Shown here: positions 10,488 to 23,453 of the stretch, piece by piece
How the letters are laid out: each line of letters starts with the position of its first letter
Numbering within the stretch: the stretch's first letter is position 1
Assembly (NCBI RefSeq): GCF_018977255.1
Contig: NW_024704743.1
Span: forward strand, 20,834,001 to 20,898,000
Source of the DNA: Callorhinchus milii
Lineage: Eukaryota
Reading direction: 5' to 3'
Length of the DNA: 64,000 nucleotides
The notes under the pieces: generated by a model
Database searches by the model: none
What the model saw: the letters and a program-made list of their open reading frames with translations, nothing else
What the model was told of the DNA's origin: nothing
Program-made: the position numbers and the translations under genes

Positions 10488-12984
10488 TTGATGAAACCTG
10501 CCCACAAAATACACAGTCAAACCACCTTACAGGATATCTTGTGAAGCGCTTTTGAGACATCCCGACTACATGATAAGGTGCACTATATTAAATGCAAGGA
10601 TTATTATTATAAAACACTGCAAGCATTCAAAAAAGGAATGGTGATTTTGTTTCATCCAATTTCGTTTTGCAAATGTGAAACACCATTTAATCAGAATATC
10701 ATATACAAGCACTTTAAATAAATAGTAAAATAGTAATATGATACAAAAAAATTTACACCGGTTTGGTTGTAAATCACTTCCCTTAATAACATGTTGCAAT
10801 GCAACATTTGAAACAAACTACAATGGTTTCAAGATTTTATACAGGTTCATTCTTTACTTTTAGTATCGGCTGTCATATCATTAAAATAATGACAAAGTGT
10901 TTCTCTTCAGCTATTGCTGTTTACCTATGAAACTTATGAAAATACAAAAACTGACTTTATTTCTGTATATTTGAAAAGCAAAAGGCCAAGTGGTAACATT
11001 GACCAAAGCTAAAAAGGAATAGGGAAAATAGGAGTCATTTTGCTAAAAAAAACAGTTACAAAAGAAAACTATAAAAAGGGAGTGAAAGAAAGGGGGAATG
11101 AATAGAGGAACAAAACAACTGAAAGAACAGAAGAAAACTCTTCATCTGGTATAGAAACAAACACTTCATTGGACACTCACCATAGATTAATCACGTATTT
11201 GACAGAATTTATAATGATATGTTCTGAGGATTCTAAACATCCGAAAGTGGAATTAATATGTCTTCTCCTATTGGGGATGTTTTTGTCATTTTTATACATT
11301 TTTTAACCCTTTGCCCTTACTAGGAGACTTTTTCACCAAACAGACAGCTATTTAAATGGAAATTTTCTTTTGGTGAGGGCAAAGGGTTCAAGGTGCAAAA
11401 TAACAGCTTGCCATCTGTCGACTACTTTCTGGAGAGTGTATGCTAAGTTTTATATTTGGTTTCTAGCATTGCCAATTTAAATACACCTTGTAAGTAAAAT
11501 CTTTCAACCTTTCACCATCCATCCCTAGGATTAGTTACATTAATTAGATTAGTAAGACATACATGAACAAATTTCTAGTATTAAGTATGTATATAAAAAG
11601 TTAACAAAAAAGCTCAAACTGGAATTCAGTTTGCATTGTACACAGGTTGATCAAAATGTATTTGATATTGTAAGCTTTACAGTTATGAGTAGCATTGCTT
11701 GCAGCTTCCCTAATAATCTGGAAATTTGAATTTTATACAACTAAAAGTTGACTGCAATGCTCCTAGTTTCACATTTTCACTATGAATGGAAAAAAGTTAC
11801 AGCTGCATCATTAGCCACATTATCTGAACAGGTGAGGTGAATAACTGCTATTTTATAATTTAAAAAATCATCTTTGAAGGACATGCTATTTTGTTTGCAC
11901 TTCCTTATGTGCTGAACTTTGAACTCTGCTATTGTAAAATATAATGAACCTAGCTCTTGCCACTTTAAACCTTCACTTTGTTTTGTCAGCTGCTGACACA
12001 TTCCACTTTTTCTGCATTACAAATGCCTGTCTCTATGTGGTCAGTTTGTTGACAGGTGCAGACATGTGACAGAAGAAGAATAGGTAGAGGTGATGATGTA
12101 TGATCTATGTATTTTGGAAAAGAACAACGTTTCTTTATCTGTATTTGGCGGCCTTATTTCAAATGAAAACTTGGCAAGAAACATGGTTTCTGTAAACACA
12201 GGTAATTCTTTTGGCAAATGCATTGTCACATACTCAAATATTAGAACAGCAGAAAAATACTGATTTTGATAACTAAACTTATATACAAACTAGTTTTGTA
12301 AGATAGTATTCAGTTCAATCAAGAGGTGTTTTCAACTCTAAATTCAATGTTGATGAGACATCAATGAATTGGAGTAATAATAGGATATCTATTGATTACA
12401 TTAATTACTTTCACTGTTACACAACTGGAATTATTGGAATTTGTCTTGCGTTTAATTTGTTCACCGTTATATTTTGCAATCAAGACCCACAAAAGATGAC
12501 TAAAACAATGAGTAAAATAAGTCTATTTTACATCTTATAACAGAATAAGTGAGATACATTACACATAGGTGGATTAGCATCCTCCAGTAAACATAAATGG
12601 AGCATGCCATACGCTCACTTTAGTTTATTATTTCCCATCTCATTGTCATCTAATTTGTTTCCCTTAACCAAGGGCAATCACTATTTTTCTTTACTTAAGC
12701 ATCAGTATGCTTTTTCCACTCCAGATGCTGATACATTTGTAGACTACCTTCCATACCAACAAATTATCATAAGTCTGCATTTGATTGATTTTATCACTAG
12801 GAGCAAATTTCTATTTTCAAGCGTGTTGCTGATACCTGTGAAAATCATGCTCCAAAACACATCACTTTCAGAAGAGGACTAAAAATTATGAAAGAAATAT
12901 ATATTATACTTTATGAGTAAGAAGAGCTGACATTGTGATGCATTGCGAGTTCCAGACAGTGTGCATGCCTTATGCCGAACTGGT

Positions 12985-13280
12985 GGGAGGTGACCATAAG
13001 CACGGTCGAAGAGCAAGGTCTTCAGGCGTGATCTGAAAAAGGGGAAGGAGGGGGCAAGGTGAATGGATTGAAAGAGAAAGTTCCAAAGTTTCGGGGTGTA
13101 GTGCTGAAAGCACAGTCGTTGATAGTGGAGTGGAGGAACGAGGGACATGCAGGAGGTTGGAGTTAGCCGAGCGAGGCAAGTGGAGAGTAAGCAGGTAGGA
13201 GAACCAGCAAGGTGCCAAGGCGTGAAGGTATTTGTAGACAAATGTAAGGATCTTGAAGACAATCCGTTCTGTGAGTTACT
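12985..13280 (-). mobile_element. L2 LINE 3' fragment
   Basis: Peptide HYTPKLWN...LKTLLFDRAY; same subfamily as the copy at 50530. Confidence 0.8.
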
Positions 13281-13449
13281 CATTTAACTTAGCATTTCAA
13301 ATTAAGCAGAATTTGGCAAATTTTTAAATACCATCTTAATTGTTGACACTGTCAGAAAAACAGCTTCAAAGTTAATCTGCCAAATTCTCGATGTTCTAAA
13401 ATGCCAAACGGAGTACAACTGGACCCAGGTGGAATTTTATACAATATAA

Positions 13450-13990
13450 TACAAAATTTAATTTGTATAATGCCTTTCATGTTGGGAGGATGTCCCAAGG
13501 CGCTGGCTAGTCAGGGGTTGGGACCCTTTAATACAATATAATCTACATTTATATAGTGCCTTTCACATCCGGAGGACGTCTCAAAGCACTTTACTCTGCT
13601 GGCTGAACACCTAAGCCAGGGGGTTGGAGCTAAAGAGGGTGTACAAGCGAAAAATGACCAAAACTGCAGTTAAAGCGATAAGTCATTAGAGGTCTTTGAA
13701 AATGGGGAGGGAGGGAGCAATTCGGAAGAACTTTGGATGGAGTTCCAGAGAATGGGACAGAATGGCTAGAATACGATGGATAGGATGGGGGTCAGCTGTG
13801 TCGGTAGGGTTGTAGGATGTTGCAGAGGTAGGGAACAACGAGGCTGTGGAGGGATTTCAAGGTAAGAATGAGAATCTTGAATTCAATCTACTGGGGGATG
13901 GGGAGCCAGTGAGGTGATAATAGGCTTGTAGAGCCTGATGCAGGAAAGAACATGGACTGCAGTGTTCTGGTTAGTCTGTAGTTATCTGAG
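13450..13990 (-). mobile_element. Two L2 tails plus an older L2 3' fragment
   Basis: Tail motifs at 13455-13530 and 13540-13595; gaatcttgaattcaat..ggggagccagtg (LHWLP..IEFKIL antisense). Confidence 0.7.
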
Positions 13991-14010
13991 TCCAGTGAGC
14001 CCGACCTTGG

Positions 14011-14315
14011 AATAATAATATATTAATAATAATCCTTGCATTTGATGTAGCACTTTTTCATGTCTTCTAAACATCTCAAAGCGCTTCACAGAATAAATTG
14101 TAAAGTGAATTGACTGTATATTTGTGGGCGAAATGCAGCAGCCAATTGCGCACAGCAGTGTCCCCCAAACAATCGTGGATTGAAGTGACCGATTTTATTA
14201 TTTTTTTTGAAGGATTATTATCAGGCGTGTGGAGCAAGGAAACTTGCCCAAGGTTTCACCCTGCTGAGCATCGAACCCATGTCCCTTGCCCGCGAGGCGA
14301 GCTCTCCAACCAATA
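14011..14315 (-). mobile_element. tRNA-Ala-derived SINE
   Basis: Same body and tail as 9048-9359. Confidence 0.85.
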
Positions 14316-15869
14316 GTCAATATATTAATATTGATATATTAATAGTCAGCGAATAGTCAAGTCTGGACATAATGAAAGTGTACAAATATAATTTGTTGTT
14401 GTTGAATGAAAGTCTCAGCAATATAAATTGCTCAGCTAGGTTACAGTAATATCCCCCAACTTCTATCAAGTTTTATTGTTAACTTTTCTCCTCTCTATAT
14501 CAGAAAGAAATCATTGGCTTCACTATCGTCACATCACCATCATTTATTTCTCCATAACCCCGGATGCTTTTAAATAATCCCCTGCATTAACTGTGCATTA
14601 ATGTTACTTGGTATAGGAACACCGTTTTTCTGCCTATATCACATTCTTCAGTTGTAATGATCCTCAAATCCACTGTGATGTATTTCCCCATTCTGTATTG
14701 GTTGAGTCTTTCTAATGTTTAATCCATTTATATTTTTAGAACAAGGAACCAGCACCATTTAAACTCAGTGTAATCTGAGAAAACAAGTTCAAAGACCAAA
14801 TGTTATCACTGATTAAGAAAATCCTGCAGTTTCTGTTCCCAGTGTTGTTCCCCAAACGTCAACGTATTTAAGCTTTCACAACAGCTCTCTTTTTTAAAAA
14901 AAGTTCAGTGATAAATATCAGAAGCATATTTATTCTGGAAAGTTTCTTTTAAAGGTGCCCAGTTAGCTTTGGCACATCTACTTGCCAAAGATAGACTTAA
15001 CAGCATACCCTTACATTTACTTCAGATAAGACTGGCAACATTTCCTCTTGATCTTTCTACCGGTTCATTTGATCCAATTATATTGTAGTCATTTATTATA
15101 GTTTAAGCAAACAGTTAATATGAAAAACGACTCATAAAAATGGCACTGATAAAGACACTTATCTTCAAAACTGCTTCCTTTCACAAATAAAGAACACAAA
15201 AGTATTCTCTGTAGATATGTAACAATTCTGCCTGGCACATGATCGCTTGTACCTGACATGATTCTGAACCAACTATACTTAATAATTGAAATATATTTGA
15301 GAACATTGCTATACTGGTCAACTGTATAATTAATACAAAGGAGTCATCCAGAAACTTTGCTTGCAATTGTAATAGCAAGTCTGTCTAAATAGGAACCATA
15401 ATATTTTTCAGCACAGATGGTGGCTATTGGTCCAATATGTCTGTGCTGTTTTTTTGAAAGTGCGTTGCGATTAGGTTCCATGTACCTGTCTTTTCTCCAT
15501 TCTACCTGTGTGAAATTGATGCCTTCTAGTAATTGTCTCATCGACAAATGGAAATGATTTCTATTTTATCAAAACCTGTCAAGAAGGTAGAGATATCAAA
15601 CAGGTACACAAGATGGGAAGAAGAGGAGATTAGTATTGAGACGAGGTAAGAGAAACAAATGATGAGTCCTGGCATGAGGAGAGAGACAAATAGTGGGAAA
15701 CTATCTGGAAGAATCACAGTGAAGGAGACGGTTACACAGGAAATATGGGATGGTTACAACCAAGCCAGAAATGCCATTGTAATTGGTGACTCAATAGTGC
15801 GGTATGTTTATCCAGAGTTTTTGATAAGATGAATAAAGCTCTATGCTGTATTCTGTTTCCCGGGACAAA

Positions 15870-16400
15870 GATGAATGCCGCAGAATGCACTTGGCTCAAA
15901 TCCAAACTAACGGGCCATTGCAAGATTTTGAGGGGCCAAAAGCTACCCTCACCTCAGCCAAATCATCCTTCTACTCCAAATTCATCCTGGAGGCCAAGGA
16001 CAATCACAGGCTCCTCTTCTCCACCACAAACTGGCTCCTTTGCCCGTCTTTGCAGGCCTCACCTATCCTCTCCTCCAACTCCAAATGCGAGGAGATGATG
16101 ATGGACTTCCTCGGGTCCAAAATCAAGAGGATTCTCTCTGCTGCCTCTGCCCTTGCTACTGCCATCCCCTCCCAATCTCCCAATCCTCTTCCACTCTCCA
16201 CCCATTCCTCCCTCGACACTTTCAACCCTATCTCTGTCTTCTCTCTCTTATGTCATTTCCCGAATGGAAGTCTATCCCTTGTTCCCTTGAACCTACTCCT
16301 ATGTCTCTCCTGACCCTACAGCTCCAACTCTTTGCCCCCTGCTAAACAACATTGTCAACCTATTTTTGGGCAATGGCACAGTTCCCATCTCTTCAAAAAA
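15870..16400 (+). mobile_element. L2 LINE internal fragment (region upstream of the RT domain)
   Basis: Peptide LTSAKSSFYSKFILEAKDNHRLLFSTTNWLL...SNSKCEEMMMDF..KI. Confidence 0.75.
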
Positions 16401-16814
16401 ACTGTTGCTGTGAAAATACTTTTTTTAAACAATGGTTACTGCAGTATATTATAAAAGTATACTGTGCACATGCTTATGCATGGAAACCGAGCTTATAAAT
16501 CTCTCTGACTTTCAAATACAGATCTAACAAGTGTCAGTTGTTCCTAATTTTTTCAGAAATCGTTTTAAAATTTCTATAGTTCACTGCAAATAAACATGCA
16601 ATGAGACAAAGAAAAACGTTAAAAAGACCTCCCCTCATTTCAGTAGATTGGTAAAAGAAAATTCTCATAGATTCTAATGATCTGCCCTCAGAAATACTGC
16701 TCAGACAATCAAGTACGAAGAAAAGCATGGAACAATTGAGGTAAAGACAGTGTTAATAGGAACAAATTGCATTTTAAACGATCGATTGTTAAGGGAACAA
16801 AAGAAAATTTTTGT

Positions 16815-16915
16815 CAGACAAACAGAAATACTGGAAATCTACAGAAGGTCAGCCAGAATTTGAAAGAGAAAAATAGATTAACATTTCGAGTATGACCCTT
16901 CATCAGAACTGAAAC
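16815..16915 (-). mobile_element. Penelope-type terminal-repeat remnant with a minimal hammerhead motif
   Basis: Minus strand cagttCTGATGAagggtcatactcGAAAtgttaatc, followed by ..ctgaccttctg..atttccagtatttctgttt, the same downstream block as the copy at 20238. Confidence 0.6.
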
Positions 16916-19900
16916 AATTAGGATTTTGTTCAAGGAATACAGAATAGCAAGAAAATAAAAGAAGTTAAAAAAATTACATTCAGAAACAGTTGATGGACCA
17001 TTAGTGGATTGTGAAGCATTAGCTACGAAAACAGCAGGAAGAAGATATGAAAAATCAGCTAAAACCGCATAGCTTGCCACTCAAAGCACTTCCTGGCAAG
17101 CTTCTCTGTGCTTAACTAACTAGGACCACTTTATCCATTAGGACTTTGACTTGCAAGATTAATAGGAGTTGTCTGGGAAGCATCCCAGAACCCAGTGGTA
17201 GTTTGCCCTCCAACTCCTGTTGATAGGCCAGGTTGGCAGGTCTGTCATCAGCAGTGCCCTGGGGTAAAGTGGACTCACCTGGCTCTGGAACCCCACAACT
17301 GAGACAGTCACAGAGGATTGACTTGAACCCAAGTTTTAAAATGAGATCGGTCAAGCTTCTATCAATGTTCAAGATTAAATATTAAATGAAGGATTAAATA
17401 TTGCTCCTGAAATTTATGTTGCGCTTGGTTAGAGATGTGTACAGATATATATTATACTTTCTTAAATGTTTTAACATGCTTTCCAGCATTCAACACACGT
17501 TGTGTGAGCTCCAGGATTCTGTCTCATTATACCTTCTGCTTTCCCTCTTTCTAAAAATCCTTTGAGTCACTTTGTATCAACTTTTTCCTTTACTGCCAAC
17601 TTCCTGAAGTAATATTGGAAGATGTTTCAACGTTATGTTTTACGTCTAATACTGTGTCCCTTTCTAATTTTCTTTGGCTTCACAATCTTTTTTTAAAACA
17701 AATTTGATTCCATATTGTCTTCCTGGCCCTTTTCTTCTACAAGATTTGTAAATCGTTCTTTCTTAATTTCGCTTTCAGTTTTCCTGTTAATCCATTTTGG
17801 AATAATTTAGCGTCATTTACCTCCTGTACTTAATTACATGCTTGAATTGCATGCTCCACTTAATCTTTTTGAAGGATGTCCTCGACTAATTTATACTTGA
17901 GTAATGCCCTATACCTCCACTCCCCTCCCATCCCACTTGTTTTTGAGAGTTGGGCATGACACTCTTGACACACAACAACAACCTCTAATAACAGCCTCTC
18001 TCAGCTGTGGAACAGAAAGTAGTTTCAATAAAAGAAAGTAACAGACATGTAGACTGATGCCTTAGACATATGTGCAACAGCAATCCGCAATGCAATTAAT
18101 GTTCCCTAAACATTATTTCCACTTTTAAAATGGTAAAGAAATGTGAGGCAAAATTAGTTGTGTCTGTTAGACAGGCAGCTATAATAATTTTGCCAGCACA
18201 TGCCCTTTGCTCATTATTAGAATGGAAATAAGCCTTTCGTGTTACAGTGAATGCATTATCAGCAAGTGCACAGATGGTCATGTGGGTACAGATGATTAAA
18301 CAAGTTATGGGAAAACGAGCAATGGCAAAGAATGTTATTGTTCTCTCTTGCTGTTACAGAAATGTTGGGAAGCTGTTATACTGTTGTATTCTCAACGAAG
18401 CAATGATCATTTGAAATAACTCTACTCATTGTTGGGAAATGCTCTTCATGGTTATGACACGATTCTGAAAGGTGGTAGAAGGATAAAAAGCAAGCAGCAT
18501 GCAATTTTTGTGACAGGCTTACGCTCCAAACCTTCTCAACTCCTCAAAGTGGTCATACAGGATTTGATATGCATGTTACAACAATAAATTAATGAATTTA
18601 TTGTCAGTAACTCCTTAGGGATCTCTTTTTGCAGGACAAGTGTTGCTTGTACACCAATGTACTACATGAAACTGGCATAATAGTGCAGAATAAAAAAATG
18701 GAGTATGTTTTATATGCCTGCTACATACTGTGGTGTAGAAATCAGTAAGAGCATGATGAATTGTGAATAGAAATTTTCTGAAATTTACATATTAGGAAAA
18801 ATCTGTTGAGACATTAAACTAAGTGTTGATATACAATATATAGGAAAATGTACTACATCAAACAAATACAAAGTGTATCAATATAGTCCATATTTTGTTT
18901 TCAATCTAAATGTTCACAGGCTTTACCCAGTTGTTGAGGATCTACACCAATCTGAAATATCTCAATTTCACAGTGATGGCCTTTTAAATAATGCTTTAAC
19001 AAATTAATTAACTTTTTCCTGAAGATATCTTGGCTTTAGGCTGCATACTCAGTGAAGACTACGTGGAAGCTGAGCTTAGACTTCAATGACAAACTTCCTA
19101 AGTGCATGTTGGCTGGAACAAAAGCATATAATTAATGAGAAGTGTTGAGAACTGCTGACAAAAGATATGCTATCATTGAAGACAACTGAAAAGAAACAAG
19201 GCTGAACAATGCTGACCAGAAAGCAAGCCAATGAGAAAATATTGTGAAAAAGGCATGGATGAAGAATGATACTAAATTAAACCGATTAATGAGCAATGAT
19301 ATGGGCGACACTAATGAGAAATACTGGGAACCACTGAAATCCACAGTGAATGAAACGGGTGATGAGAATGATCAGTGAATGGAACTATACTGTACCATAC
19401 AAAACTTCTAATGGGAAAGGGGAGGAGAGGGGAGGAGATGGGAGGAAAGGGGAGGAAAACTTGTGCCTTACAAGATCCAAATGGAGAAGGAGGGGTTGCA
19501 GCAGGAGGCTTTTAATGGATAATCAGTGAAGCAGCTAAAAGCTGCATCAATAAAACTGGCTAAACACAACTGAGGGCTCCACCATCAAAGCTGAGTTAAA
19601 CCTAATTATCAAATAGTAAATAAAAAAAGCTTAAACATATGAGAAATAGGGATATCAATATGCAAGAATACATTTAATGGCATTTCACCATTCAATTACA
19701 ATTAAGCAAGACAACTGAATTATTTAAGCAACACAATCATTCAGTGTACAATCATACCATCCACTCGTTAAATAAATACTGACATTTTAGCTGTTTACCT
19801 CCAGTATGCTGTTAAATGATAAGGAGAATACTGATTTGAAATCACTGATTATGCACATTCTACATAAGAGAATATGGTGCAAATCATAAGTGACAAAGTC

Positions 19901-20237
19901 ACAAATGTGACTGGAATGAACATAGTTTTCAACTCATGACTATGTGGTATTGTTCAAAGTGGAAAAGAAATATATATTAAGAGTTACTGTTAAATCATAG
20001 CAGAATGGGCGGCTTGGCATCTCAGTCATAATGCTCTGTCTTCTGCTGTACAATATAGATAATCCTCTCCTGCAAGTGAAAGGAATGACGACTAGGGAAA
20101 TCTTTATTAAGTTAGAGAAGAGATTTGCCTCTATCCTTCACTCAATGATCTACTTGACTTGGAAAATTTCTTTCCAACTCCCTCAGCTTGGTGCAGACAA
20201 AGTTTTAAGTTTATTTAAATCATCAATGTTCATTCAT

Positions 20238-20400
20238 AAACAAAAGGCAAAATACTGCAGATGCTGGAAATCTGAAATAAAAACAGAAATCACTGGGAAC
20301 ACTCAGCAGGTCAGGGAAAGTGAGTTAAAGTTGGAGAGAGGAAAGTGAGTTAAAGTTTCAGGTCGATGACCTTTCGTCAGAACACTTTAGGTCGATGACC
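20238..20400 (-). mobile_element. Penelope-type terminal-repeat remnant with a minimal hammerhead motif
   Basis: Minus strand gttCTGACGAaaggtcatcgacctGAAActttaactc..ctgacctgctgagtgttccc..atttcagatttccagcatctgcagtattttgc, a common chondrichthyan repeat. Confidence 0.7.
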
Positions 20401-23075
20401 GTTCAGGATGGATGTTAAAGATCCCATGGCAGTATTCGAAAAAACATAAGGGAGTTTGCCCTGGTGTCCTGGCCTACAATGACCTAAATAAAAAAAGTTA
20501 CTCACTTTGTGGGAAATTGCTGTGGGCAAATTGGCTGCTGTGCCCACCTATGTCACTAAACTTCATAGTAAAATCCCATAAAGCACCTTGAGACCTATCA
20601 ACATTATGATGTTATATGGCGCTATATCAAATCCAAGGATTGTGTTATAAACAAAGTGACACTTTTTACAATGTTGCCAATTGAGCTCCAAAAAGACCCT
20701 ACTTACCACACCCCCGTCTCAGTTTAATACCTCATCCGAAAGATGACACTTTCAAAAATGCAGTATATCTTATTATGATCAAAAATAACTCATTTATAGG
20801 CCTTTGCAGAACTTGGGTGAGCTACTGTGCCAGAAAGTTCTCTATAATAATTCTTGCATTCGGTGTTGAGTATAGCATCTGTAATATTGAAACATCTCAA
20901 AGTACTTCACTGGTAATTCTGTCAAATATAGTGACTATGTTATTTGTAGGCAACTTGAGCACAGCAGATTCCATTAACAGCCATTAAATGAATGATCAAT
21001 TTATCTGGAAAATTGTTCACCAAAATACAAGGAGAAACACTTTTCAAATAATGTCTTTAATCTTTAATGTCCACCAACCAATAGACAATACTTAATTTTG
21101 CTTAATAACTTTGCTTAATAACTCATTTGAATCTCTGCTAGATAGTGAACTCAAAGTCCTGATATGGGCTCTGAACCGAAAACCTTCTGACCCAAAGGCA
21201 AAACTGCTACCAACTAAACCAAAGTGATATCTTCTACATATCATCATCACCACATTTTACTTCTAATTACCAAGTCAATTTTCAATATTTCCTAGTACTT
21301 GCTTATTGCTTAAATATGCAACGTTGCATACATTAAGCATTAAGAATCCCTGGAGGCAGTCTACAATTCTGCTCGAACCATTGCTCATCATCTAACTTGT
21401 GGATAAAATTAATACATATTTGAGACCCCTATTCAAAGATGAACTGGAAATTACAAGCATTACCCAATCTCTAAATATTATACTCTAACATGAAAAATCT
21501 GTTTATATAAAATATTTATATCAAATGTTTCCCTGTCCTTTCTATTAGATTCAGTGGAGATATGCAGCAATGGTTAAGTGTATATTAAATTACATGGTCT
21601 TTGTCAATCCCTATAACTTTAAAAATATATAAATGATTCAATGATAGGTAAATATTTAATGGAAAACAAGTGAAAATGAAAGATTGTTACTCTTTATGAA
21701 AGTACACTAACTAATTCTAAGGATTAAATTAATGAACTACTTATCAGTGCAAGAGTTTCCTCAGTTAATTACGTTGTCAATAATACTGTCTGACAAATGC
21801 TCTGCATAGCGTAGCTATTTCTTTCTTTTATCAGGACAGGGAGACATTCTCTTCTACTTTAGGTTGTATTTTAACTAATCCAACATAGCAAATCAATATT
21901 GTATGGCAGAACGTGTGCTGCACAAACCTCGCTTGTACTCAGCAGAGACAAAGTGCTTTACAGTTTCAACAATGACCTTCTTGATATGCAGGTTTATTTA
22001 AAAGCAACTTTTAAAAGGTAAATATCAAAGTACTTTGTCACTCCAACAAGCTGCATACATTCATCATTTTATTAATTCCTACTACATCTTTCGCAATGTT
22101 TTCCTTTTTGCTGTGATGCATATTAAACAGTTGTTACCCTTCAGATGATCTAAGTAACGTTGACCTTGTATAATGTGATACAGCAGAAATTGTACTCTGC
22201 ACCATACAGTATAAGATATCTTTTAGATAAATGTCCAAGAATGAGAGATGGATTTTAATAAACACGACTACGATTGTTGACAGTGACTTCCTCAGCTTAT
22301 GATTCCATTTCATTTTTATGCATGGTACTGACTTTTTTTCTTTTGTTTGTTATTTTGTTGCACACGCAAACCAAATCTGAAAGATCTCAAAATTCTGACT
22401 GGAGATAAAAAAGGATCTGAAGTCAGTTTATAGATTACCTCATGGGATTATGGTCTGCCCCTAACCATGTGGGATATGGGCTTTCCTCTTGATTTTTTTT
22501 TGTTGAGCAATTAATACTAGTGTTAATACATGGTAGGTCACAATTTGCACCCATTATTTTAGGAAATCTGATTTGATAAAGAACACATCTTGTATTATTT
22601 GCGCGCTGGGAAGCTACCCTGTGTGAAGGGCCCTATATCAATGTAAGTTGTTATTGTTGTTGTTGTTATTTAGTCCTTTATATTAACAAAATCTTCCTGG
22701 CCCAATCTTCTGAAATATTTAAATAGAGCTACAATATAATGACATTGCTGCATGACAATTGTTATAAAACCACAAGTTTTCACAACATCTCACCTTTTAA
22801 CACTAAAAGGTATAAATTAAAAGGAACCGTATCCCAGCAACCAATAAAAAAAAACTTCAATTCAAAAAAATTCTATTTTGGACTTCTGGTATAAACCATG
22901 GCACTATTCAAATGATTTTGAAGACTAAAAATGGGTTTCAGCATGAACTTGGCCCATTTAATGAAAGTATTAAAAGTGTATAGCTGTCAACATGCCTAAC
23001 CAAGTACAGTATTTTGTTGCATCTGTATTTGAAGTCTATTTCATTGTAAGTCAAATAAATTACTGTTGCTTTGTA

Positions 23076-23453
23076 TAATAATCCTTGTATTTGATATAGC
23101 GCCTTATCACGTTTTCGAGACATCTCAAAATGCTTCACAGAATATACTATAAAATGAATTGACTGTACATTTTGTGGGCAAAACATGGCAGCCAATTGCG
23201 CACAGCAGTGTCCCACAAACAGTCATCGATTGCGTCACTAAATGATTATTATTTTAATTATTTTTTGGAAGGGATTATTACCCTCAGAAAATTGATCTGC
23301 CAATCGACTGACAACTGGGTTCCTACTTACTGCTAGGTGAACAGAGACGTTTGGAGTAACAAAACTTGCCCAACATTTTGCCCTGCCCAGGAATCAAACC
23401 CAGGTCATCTCGCTTGCGAGGCGAGCGCTCTAACTACTGAGCTACAGGACTCC
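23076..23453 (-). mobile_element. tRNA-Ala-derived SINE, long form with a central conserved (Meta-like) block
   Basis: Intact head ggagtcctgtagctcagtagttagagcgctcgcctcgcaagcgag (anticodon CGC); extra block gtctctgttcacctagcagtaagtaggaaccc. Confidence 0.88.

Noticed and set aside
15485..15575. Strong acceptor (ctaccttcttgacag) and donor-like gtacat in intron 9
   Set aside because: All three frames contain stops; at most a non-coding or poison exon, with no support.
17240..17265. CTGATGA in the unclassified repeat (also at ~43855)
   Set aside because: No stem II followed by GAAA.
23385..23453. tRNA-Ala(CGC)-like sequence (also at 9290-9359, 10177-10235, 55575-55632)
   Set aside because: Continues directly into SINE body sequence and lacks a proper acceptor stem; these are SINE heads, not tRNA genes.
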